64,000 nucleotides of DNA, taken from positions 103,820 through 167,819 of the forward strand of contig JACAFG010000002.1 in NCBI GenBank assembly GCA_019352195.1, given 5' to 3'. Position 1 is the stretch's first letter. Each line of letters begins with the position of its first letter. The position numbers and the translations under genes are program-made. A model generated the notes under the pieces. It was not told where the DNA came from. It was given only the letters and a program-made list of their open reading frames with translations, and did not search any database. The DNA comes from Candidatus Saccharimonadota bacterium. GTDB taxonomy: Bacteria > Patescibacteriota > Saccharimonadia > UBA4664. Positions 56,896 to 64,000 of the stretch are shown piece after piece.

Positions 56896-58353
56896 ATGCG
56901 CAAACGAAGCGAACTTCTATTTAGTCTTATTTCGGTACCAGTCGACGTTGCGGCGCTGATGACTGCCTTTGTGACGGCATACGTGCTGCGCGTGCGGATC
57001 GACAATAAGCCGGTGGCACACCCTATTTCGGGCCATGATTTCGTGATGATTGCACTCGTAGTCATGCCATTTTGGATACTTATTTTTGCGCTGTCTGGTT
57101 TATACAACCAAACGAGTCTGCGTGGTCGGCTCGAAGAATTCGGCAAGGTGGTGGTAGCGGTATCGGGCGGCGTCATGTTCCTTATTTTGGTTGATTTTGC
57201 TTCCTCTCAGCCTATTTTTCCCTCTAAGCTGGTACCTATATATACCTATATTTTCGGCTTGGTGTTTGTGTTGGTTGGCCGGGTGGCTCTGCGTATGCTC
57301 CAACGTTACCTGTTTCGATACGGAATAGGAGTGCATCAGGCGCTGCTTGTGGGCAGTGGTGAATTGGCGCAGCGAATCGCGCTCGACCTCCATCCTGTTG
57401 CCTCTGGTTATCACCTCGTTGGCACCATCGACCGCGCTCGAGGAGCGGCTAAGCGAATGCAGGGCGTCACAGTCTACGATTCGTTGGAGCAGGCCTTAGC
57501 GGCCTCGGCTGGCGATCGGCTAGATGATATTATCCAGGCTGATTCGGTGCTCGATCAAGAAGAGATTATAGAGCTGGTTAATTACGCTACTAATCATCAG
57601 GTAAGTTACCGCTTTGTACCGAATCAGTTCGGGTTATACGCTACAAACTCCGTCTTGGGGACGATGGCTGGTATTCCCGTTATGGAGATCCGCTTAACCC
57701 CGCTGGACGGGTGGGGTCGAATTGCAAAGCGTGTTTTTGATGTAATTGGCGCAACATTTGGCCTGCTATTGTTGTCGCCATTGCTGCTCGTACTTGCCGT
57801 TATAGTAAAAGTTAGTGATCACAAGGGTCCCATTCTGTATGGTCACCGGCGTTTGAGCCGAGCTGGTGGGGAAGTGTTTGTGTTGAAGTTTCGGTCGATG
57901 AAATGGGCATATTCTACGGGGGCTAACCGACCGTACAAAACTGCTGAAGCGGCTTTTATTGCCATGGATCGACCCGATTTAGCACGGGAATTTCAGGCGA
58001 ACCAAAAAGTAGCTCATGACCCGCGAGTAACAAGACTAGGCAATTGGTTACGGCGATCGAGCCTCGACGAGCTACCTCAGTTGATAAATGTGTTACGAGG
58101 TGACATGAGCCTGGTTGGTCCGCGCCCCATAATGCCGGATGAGCTTGAGCGCTACGGCGAATATGGTGCCAGCTTTTTGGCCCTTAAGCCGGGTATTACG
58201 GGGCTGTGGCAAATTTCAGGTCGCAGTGACCTAGGCTATGATCAACGCGTGAAGCTGGACATCTATTATATTGAAAACTGGACACTGTTTTTAGATATAC
58301 GCATTCTTATTAAAACCGTCTTTACGATTACGAGTGGTCGGGGGGCTTACTAA
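56896..58353 (+). CDS. Polyprenyl glycosylphosphotransferase (WcaJ/WbaP-like)
   Basis: KRVFD, KFRSM, DPRVT, SLDELPQ, SLVGPRP, KPGITGLWQ. Confidence 0.93.
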   Translation: MRKRSELLFSLISVPVDVAALMTAFVTAYVLRVRIDNKPVAHPISGHDFVMIALVVMPFWILIFALSGLYNQTSLRGRLEEFGKVVVAVSGGVMFLILVDFASSQPIFPSKLVPIYTYIFGLVFVLVGRVALRMLQRYLFRYGIGVHQALLVGSGELAQRIALDLHPVASGYHLVGTIDRARGAAKRMQGVTVYDSLEQALAASAGDRLDDIIQADSVLDQEEIIELVNYATNHQVSYRFVPNQFGLYATNSVLGTMAGIPVMEIRLTPLDGWGRIAKRVFDVIGATFGLLLLSPLLLVLAVIVKVSDHKGPILYGHRRLSRAGGEVFVLKFRSMKWAYSTGANRPYKTAEAAFIAMDRPDLAREFQANQKVAHDPRVTRLGNWLRRSSLDELPQLINVLRGDMSLVGPRPIMPDELERYGEYGASFLALKPGITGLWQISGRSDLGYDQRVKLDIYYIENWTLFLDIRILIKTVFTITSGRGAY

Positions 58354-59483
58354 TGGCTGAACCTCGCATTGCGCTTGTCCATCACTGGCTAACGTCGCCT
58401 GGTGGGGCTGAGAAGGTGTTGTATGAACTACATCAAATGTACCCTCAGGCACCAATCTACACCACTTCATATTTGCCGGAAAAGTTTCCTGAATTTGCCG
58501 ATGCCGAGATTCGTACGACATTTTTAAACCGAATTCCCTGGTTACGTCGCATTCATCAGCTTTTCCCCGTCTTTTTGGGGACGCCGTTTAAGCTTATCAA
58601 TATGGATGAATACGATATGGTAATTTCATCGTGTGCGGCTGAGGCTAAATACGTACGTACTAAGGCGCATACGCTGCATATTTGCTATTGTCACACTCCC
58701 GTTCGATATTACTGGACAGACTACGAATGGCGACTCAATAATTTGCCATTTGGCTTTTTTAACCCGCTTGCCCGCTTGGTTTTCCCGCTGTTTATTGGTC
58801 CTTTGCGCAAAATTGACTATCAGGCGGCCCAAGAAGTTGATACGTTTGTGGCCAATTCGAAACACATCCAGTCGCGTATAAAGACCTTTTATGACCGTGA
58901 ATCAACCGTGATATATCCGCCGATAGTAACCAAAAAGTTGCTGGCACTGGATCGTAAGACCAGTGATTACTATGTCATTATTGGTCGGCAAGTGGCCTCG
59001 AAGCGTCTCGATGTGGCCGTAGATGCCTTTAATGAACTTGGTCTTACGTTAAAAGTTGCGGGCGCCGGTGAAGAGATTGCGCGTCAAAAGCCGCGCGCGC
59101 GGGCAAATATTGAATTTTTGGGCCGCGTAAGCGACGAGGAGCGAGACTCGCTCTTAGCGGGTGCCAAAGGCTTTATTTTTCCTCCAGAGGAAGACTTTGG
59201 GATCGTGCCTTTGGAAGCCATGGCGGCAGGATGCCCTGTAATCGCCTATGGAAGCGGTGGAGCCCCCGAGTACGTCATAGACGGTCAGACAGGCGTATTG
59301 TTTGACGACCAGACCCCAGAGGCACTCATTGGAGCGCTTAAGCGCTTCGAAGGCATGACTTGGGATACTGAGGTTATTCGCGATAAGGCGAAGGAGTTTG
59401 ATGAGGGAGTGTTTCATCAGCGAATGGGGGCTTATGTTGATGGAGCTTGGGCGGCGTTTGAAGGTAAACGTAGGAACATTTGA
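58353..59483 (+). CDS. Glycosyltransferase family 4
   Basis: GGAEKV, YCHTPVRY, EDFGIVPLEAMAAG. Confidence 0.92.
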   Translation: MAEPRIALVHHWLTSPGGAEKVLYELHQMYPQAPIYTTSYLPEKFPEFADAEIRTTFLNRIPWLRRIHQLFPVFLGTPFKLINMDEYDMVISSCAAEAKYVRTKAHTLHICYCHTPVRYYWTDYEWRLNNLPFGFFNPLARLVFPLFIGPLRKIDYQAAQEVDTFVANSKHIQSRIKTFYDRESTVIYPPIVTKKLLALDRKTSDYYVIIGRQVASKRLDVAVDAFNELGLTLKVAGAGEEIARQKPRARANIEFLGRVSDEERDSLLAGAKGFIFPPEEDFGIVPLEAMAAGCPVIAYGSGGAPEYVIDGQTGVLFDDQTPEALIGALKRFEGMTWDTEVIRDKAKEFDEGVFHQRMGAYVDGAWAAFEGKRRNI

Positions 59484-59584
59484 TGAGATGGGGGCTAGCT
59501 CGTCATTAACTTGGTCGCTCAGCTAGTTCAGAGCTCGTTTGCAAACTACGATCTCGGACTTTGGGCCGGTAAGGAACGAATCAG

Positions 59585-59632
59585 ATCGATTTTCGACTCA
59601 TTTCAAGCACTTTTAATAAGTCGATAATCGAC
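59585..59632. promoter_or_regulatory. Two TCGA-N3-TCGA palindromes (59585-59597, 59620-59632), likely PadR operator
   Basis: aTCGAtttTCGAC and GTCGAtaaTCGAC, the second abutting -10 TATACT. Confidence 0.55.
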
Positions 59633-59645
59633 CTATACTTAAATC

Positions 59646-59954
59646 ATGGCATTAACCTCCAACAATGGTGAGAGAATTAGCCCGTCGCCCTTAGATGTAA
59701 GGGTTCTGGTGGCGCTCCTAAAAAGGCCGCTAAACGCATATCGCGTAGCTCGTCAGGTCGAAGATGACTTTGGGCCGGGTTTCAAGGCCAGTAATGGCAC
59801 TATCTATCCCTCGTTAAAGCGTTTGGCTAGTCTCGGATTTATCACCAAACTTGATGATGGAAATTATAAAACTACTCTTCTGGGACGAGAAGTTCTCGGA
59901 TGGGAGTTAGCGCGGCTGAAGCGTCTTATGGAGTTGGCTCAGGACAGGTCTTGA
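59646..59954 (+). CDS. PadR family regulator
   Basis: PLNAY, SNGTIYPSLKRL, YKTTLLG. Confidence 0.85.
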   Translation: MALTSNNGERISPSPLDVRVLVALLKRPLNAYRVARQVEDDFGPGFKASNGTIYPSLKRLASLGFITKLDDGNYKTTLLGREVLGWELARLKRLMELAQDRS

Positions 59955-60000
59955 TACAAAAAAACGCCCGTTTGGGCGTTTTCTTGAAGCTCCTGTAAGC

Positions 60001-60342
60001 TTACTGGGCTGCTTTTACGACAGCGGCAAAGGCCTTGGGCTCTTTGACGGCGAGCTCGGCCAAAATCTTGCGATCCAAAGTTACGCCTTTTTTGATGAGC
60101 GACCCCATCAATTTTGAGTAGCTGGTGCCGTTGATGACTGCGGCCGCACCAATACGAGTGATCCAGAGGCCCCGCAGATCGCGCTTTTTGTTGCGGCGGT
60201 CTCGGTACTGGTAGGACAGAGACTTAAGGATAGCCTCTCGTGCCTTCTTGATGCTGGAACGGCGAACCAGGCTGTAGCCCTTGGTCTGGGCCCGCAGTCG
60301 CTTGTGCTTCTGGTGAGTGGTTACTCCACGTTTGACGCGCAT
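60001..60342 (-). CDS. rplT: 50S ribosomal protein L20
   Basis: RVKRG, YRDRRNKKRD, WITRI, DRKILAELAV. Confidence 0.97.
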   Translation of the reverse strand: MRVKRGVTTHQKHKRLRAQTKGYSLVRRSSIKKAREAILKSLSYQYRDRRNKKRDLRGLWITRIGAAAVINGTSYSKLMGSLIKKGVTLDRKILAELAVKEPKAFAAVVKAAQ

Positions 60343-60343
60343 C

Positions 60344-60538
60344 TTAGATTCCTAACATTTTCTTAATATTCTTGGTGTTGGCCGATGAGGATTCGTATTC
60401 CTTCACGTACTCACGCTTGAGTGAGGCTTGCTTGTGGGCAAGGAGGTGGTTGCGCTGGGCGCGGCGACGCATCAATTTACCGGTACCGGTAATCTTGATC
60501 CGCTTGGCCATTCCCTTATGCGTCTTTAGCTTTGGCAT
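60344..60538 (-). CDS. rpmI: 50S ribosomal protein L35
   Basis: [21 protein letters not shown]. Confidence 0.97.
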   Translation of the reverse strand: MPKLKTHKGMAKRIKITGTGKLMRRRAQRNHLLAHKQASLKREYVKEYESSSANTKNIKKMLGI

Positions 60539-61043
60539 CTTTTTTCATCCCGATAATCATATTGAGGTCACGTCCGGACATTAGTGGGGCTTGCTCAGTG
60601 ACGGCAATGTCGTCGAGCTGAGCGGCCGCATTGGCCAAAATTACTTGGCCCAACGCTGGGCGGCTGATTTCGCGACCTTTAAATCGAAGACTCAACTTAA
60701 CTTTTTGCCCGTCCTCAAGGAACTTGCGGGCGCGGTTTAGTTTTACTTCGAGGTCGTGAGCACCGATCTTGAGGCCAAATCGTACCTCTTTGATCTCAAC
60801 CTGCTTCTGGTTGCGGCGGCTTTTTTGTAGCTGTTTCGTCTGCTCGTAGCGGTATTTACCGTAGTCTAGGATTTTTGCGACGGGAGGAACAGCGCCAGGA
60901 GCAATTTCCGCCAAGTCGAGTCCGGCCTCCGCTGCTGCAGCGAGAGCCTCAGTGAGGCTAACGACGCCGAGCTGCTCACCATCAACACCAACGAGCCGAA
61001 CTTGCGGCGCGTTAATTTCGTGGTTGAGGCGGACTTTGTTGAT
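60516..61043 (-). CDS. infC: Translation initiation factor IF-3 with ATC start
   Basis: AAGGAG-7nt-ATC at 61043, in frame with [29 protein letters not shown]. Confidence 0.93.
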   Translation of the reverse strand: MNKVRLNHEINAPQVRLVGVDGEQLGVVSLTEALAAAAEAGLDLAEIAPGAVPPVAKILDYGKYRYEQTKQLQKSRRNQKQVEIKEVRFGLKIGAHDLEVKLNRARKFLEDGQKVKLSLRFKGREISRPALGQVILANAAAQLDDIAVTEQAPLMSGRDLNMIIGMKKDAKAKDA

Positions 61044-61110
61044 CGGATATCTCCTTAAAAGCTCTGGCGTACTATATCAGTTAGAACAGGCGAGGTCAAT
61101 TGCTTCGGGC

Positions 61111-62010
61111 CTAATTTACTCGGGGACCGACGGCTTCTCTAAACTCACTACCAACTTTCTCAGTAATGAAGCGAATACGGCGGTCAGTGAGGCGAATAGC
61201 TATGGGTGTTCGACTGGCAACTTTGCCGTCAACCATGATGGAACTAGCGGGCGTGGTCTCAATAACCACTCGGCGAGCTAAAAAACGCGTGGTCGCGGTG
61301 TCTTCGCCAGCTCGGCCGCGGTCGCGGAGTAGCTGCCAGACATGGCCGGCAGTGCGTAAACTGCGCCCGGGATGGTCGCTCATGGTAACGATGAGGCGGT
61401 TGTCGGCAAGGGGATTGAGAAACTTTTGGTTGGCAATGGAGAGAGAAAAAATGTCGGCTTCGATTGAAATATCATCATCGACCATGATTTTGGCATGCAG
61501 ACTTTCGTATGACCTAGCTTGAGTAAAGGCAGTTTTGAGCTGACTGGCACGACCTCTTAAATTGGTAGGGCTGGTGTCAACTTGTTTGTCGAGCTCAGTT
61601 TCAAATCCTAGCGTGAGGGTAGAGAGGAAAAATTTTTGGCCTGCGGCAATGAGCGAATAGGGGGTGAGCCGCCGGGCTGCTAGTAAAACGCAGGCTTGTT
61701 GCCAGCTGGTAATACCAAGCTGGCTCGATAGGCGATTAGTGCTACCAAGCGGAATAATACCAACTGCTACGTTTTCGGCGGTACCGAGGCCATTGATGAC
61801 TTCGTTTACGGTGTCATCACCGCCAACAGCCACAATAGTAGTGTGGCCTTTGGCCGCCGCCGCTTGCGCCATTTTGGCAGCTTCACCAGGGCTTGTGGTT
61901 CGCGCCCACTCGCCGCCAATTCCGAGCTCAATGAGGCGCGCCCGGAGCTTATCTTGGACGTTTTTGAGCTGTCCTCGTCCGGCGGCCGGATTGACGATGT
62001 AGTAGTACAT
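61111..62010 (-). CDS. Soluble diacylglycerol kinase family (YegS/DAGK) protein
   Basis: IVNPAAG, VGGDDT, IIPLGSTN, MVDG. Confidence 0.85.
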   Translation of the reverse strand: MYYYIVNPAAGRGQLKNVQDKLRARLIELGIGGEWARTTSPGEAAKMAQAAAAKGHTTIVAVGGDDTVNEVINGLGTAENVAVGIIPLGSTNRLSSQLGITSWQQACVLLAARRLTPYSLIAAGQKFFLSTLTLGFETELDKQVDTSPTNLRGRASQLKTAFTQARSYESLHAKIMVDDDISIEADIFSLSIANQKFLNPLADNRLIVTMSDHPGRSLRTAGHVWQLLRDRGRAGEDTATTRFLARRVVIETTPASSIMVDGKVASRTPIAIRLTDRRIRFITEKVGSEFREAVGPRVN

Positions 62011-62387
62011 TAGTTAGCCCCAGTTTCCTTGGTCATACCGTGATCCTTGACGCTGCTCGTACCTACAAATATGCCACCCGAGCTAATAGCCAAAGTGCTA
62101 GCCGAAATATCACCATGGACTTGGCCGGTTTCGCGAACATTGGCCTCGCCGTCGGCGCTAATATTACCCTTTACACTACCTGCTATCGTAACGCCAAGAG
62201 CGGTAATGTTGCCTTTAACCACACCATTATTTCCAATGGTAACGTCGGCCGTGGTAGTCACGTTGCCGGTGAGAGAGCCGTCGATCATTATGTCGCCTTC
62301 ACTGGCGAGGTTTCCTTTTACGGTCACGCCGCCGCCAATAACCGTTTCGGCACCGCTTACACCCAACATATCGTCGCGTCGAGCCAT
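62010..62387 (-). CDS. Bactofilin (polymer-forming cytoskeletal protein)
   Basis: TVIG..VTVKGNL, IDG..GNV beta-helix repeats. Confidence 0.9.
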   Translation of the reverse strand: MARRDDMLGVSGAETVIGGGVTVKGNLASEGDIMIDGSLTGNVTTTADVTIGNNGVVKGNITALGVTIAGSVKGNISADGEANVRETGQVHGDISASTLAISSGGIFVGTSSVKDHGMTKETGAN

Positions 62388-62391
62388 TTTA

Positions 62392-62871
62392 CTAAGTCTC
62401 CTTTGTTACGGGTGGGACACGTTTCGCAGCTTGGGTTAGGGCCTGCTGCTCTTCAACCGAAAGTGTGTACTTACTTTTACCCAGATCAACCGGCTTAACG
62501 TAGACACGCGTACCTTCGCGGCCATGAATACTGGTTAGCACATAGCCTGAGTCGTGAGCGTCTAAGACGGCGAGGCTAAAGCTTTGGTCACCGCCCGTAT
62601 CGCCAAACGGGTTAAATCGAACCAAGGAAATTTTCTGCGAGGCGAGACTTGTCATAGCTGCGAGTCGTGAATACTCGTCACTAAGTGTAGCCAAGCGGTG
62701 GTCGACCGCCGAAACGCGCTTGAGGTGCGCGGTAAGGGTAGACTCGAGGCTGCCAGCATCACCGCCGCCAAGCAATGCAGTTACTCGGTCCCGCAAACGC
62801 CGATAGACGAGCCAGCTCGAGGCAGCAGCAATAAGTGCAATTACGGCAAGGGCAAGTGCTAGATAGATCAA
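62392..62871 (-). CDS. DUF4446 family protein
   Basis: VRFNPFGDTGGDQSFSLAVLD, SIHGRE, LSVEE. Confidence 0.88.
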   Translation of the reverse strand: MIYLALALAVIALIAAASSWLVYRRLRDRVTALLGGGDAGSLESTLTAHLKRVSAVDHRLATLSDEYSRLAAMTSLASQKISLVRFNPFGDTGGDQSFSLAVLDAHDSGYVLTSIHGREGTRVYVKPVDLGKSKYTLSVEEQQALTQAAKRVPPVTKET

Positions 62872-62958
62872 CTGACGGCCTCATTAAGTGCTGCAACCAG
62901 TATAAGGCCAGAGCAAGACTCGTCCAACTGGGAGATTGTGGTGTACAATATCGGCACT

Positions 62959-63255
62959 ATGGCAAAGAAGAAATCGACGAAAAAGCATCAGTTTAAATAC
63001 GCGGCACCGACAACGGGCGTAGCTACCGCTGCACCGGCCGCGGTTGAGACTGCCGCAAGTCCCTTTGCCACTCCTTCGTTGAAGTCGAAGCCAGCTGCCC
63101 AGGCCACCAATGGTCGAAGTTTTGCCTACGTTACCCATGACTTGCAGCGTATCTCCGTTTTTGCCAGCATTTTAGTAGCCGCTGAGCTCTTATTGTGGTG
63201 GGTATTTGCGCACACAAGTGTCGGAAATACCGTTTACGCCTGGTTTAAGATCTAG
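62959..63255 (+). CDS. Small hypothetical membrane protein
   Basis: Lys-rich N-terminus, YVTHDL, C-terminal TM. Confidence 0.65.
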   Translation: MAKKKSTKKHQFKYAAPTTGVATAAPAAVETAASPFATPSLKSKPAAQATNGRSFAYVTHDLQRISVFASILVAAELLLWWVFAHTSVGNTVYAWFKI

Positions 63256-63631
63256 CCCCTGGCCTTAGATGGTTGGTGCCCGGTATTGAAACGCCTCATT
63301 GAGGCGCTTTTGATTTATGTCGGTATTGTTATCCTGGTCGGCAATTGTATGGATAAGCACTGGCTAGGTACATGGTCTGGGCAAAGTATTAGTCATTCTA
63401 GGTCGGGCTCGTGGAGTAAAGCCGCATAATTCGTTGTATGTATTACAACTTTCGCTGCCTTTCGCCTACGGTATGTTGGTGCAACTTATGCAAATTGGTC
63501 AGCGGATAAAATATTAGTCGATAAATTGGGGTATCGCCTAAAGCGTCTTGCCAGGTTAAACAGCTAATACACAAGTTATTTGTGTTGTCAGTCATTATTG
63601 ACTTTATTTTGTGTTGCGTTATGATCGGCCT

Positions 63632-64000
63632 ATGAACGAGCAACTCATCTCCCACATTGAAGAACTCGGCCTCAGCAATAAGGAGGCCCGGGTATATGTA
63701 GCATGTCTTTTAACCGGTGCTGCGGCCGTGCAACGCATTGCTGATCAAGCGGGGATTAAGCGCGTTACGACCTATGTAATTTTAGAGTCGCTCGTTGGGT
63801 TGGGGTTGGTATCACAGAGCGTTAAGGGCAAAAAGACATTGTTTATCGCTGAAGAGCCGGCAAATTTACGCCGACTGCTCGATAAGCGTGCGCTTGAACT
63901 GCGCGAACAGCAGGCCAATTTTGAGACCATTCTGCCAGAGCTGGCGAGTCTCAAAAGCATGCCGGTCGACTCGCCCAACGTGAAATATTACGACTCAATC
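63632..64000 (+). CDS. TrmB-family HTH regulator (3' end outside window; absent from the ORF track)
   Basis: MNEQLISHIEELGLSNKEARVYVACL...IKRVTTYVILESLVGLGLV...AEEP; frame open to window end. Confidence 0.85.
   Translation, partial: MNEQLISHIEELGLSNKEARVYVACLLTGAAAVQRIADQAGIKRVTTYVILESLVGLGLVSQSVKGKKTLFIAEEPANLRRLLDKRALELREQQANFETILPELASLKSMPVDSPNVKYYDSI

Noticed and set aside
63419-63446. dif-like 28-mer aagccgcataa-ttcgtt-gtatgtattac
   Set aside because: Only cgcataa and tatgt match the canonical arms, and the XerD arm, normally the best conserved, is poor.
1-64000. CRISPR array, IS elements or alternative genetic code
   Set aside because: No regularly spaced repeats or transposase ORFs were seen. 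Conserved genes end normally at TGA, TAG and TAA.

Overview
This looks like chromosomal DNA from a reduced, host-associated bacterium, most likely Patescibacteria/CPR (Saccharimonadia-like). That assignment is inferred from gene content and style: a type IV pilus cluster including a G|DTLVE pilin, a short ThrS, many ORFans, few biosynthetic genes, and standard code 11 with TGA as stop. The window holds a pilB-pilT-pilC-pilin-pilD-minor pilin locus, a XerC/D recombinase, envelope and glycosylation genes, many nucleotide salvage and sanitation enzymes, a Y-family polymerase, two tandem CdaR/PucR regulators, thrS, miaA, rplY, rpmB and infC-rpmI-rplT. It also has seven tRNAs, RNase P RNA, a probable 6S RNA and a Thr T-box riboswitch. 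I found no CRISPR array, transposase, reverse transcriptase or intact prophage, and no single clearly new multi-gene system. The best leads are: (1) an 11-bp-phased TTCGG repeat in two predicted promoter spacers around the DNA polymerase IV locus, with a third copy elsewhere (candidate SOS-like regulon); (2) an unknown gene behind NrdR boxes; (3) a compact T-box heading a six-gene thrS operon; (4) a one-gene uridine kinase islet bounded by a duplicated tRNA-Asp 3' end; (5) a DgkA with a ~70-aa loop insertion; (6) a split between apparently leaderless conserved genes and ORFans with SD plus GTACC/boxA-like leaders. All calls come from reading the sequence by eye; no database searches were run.
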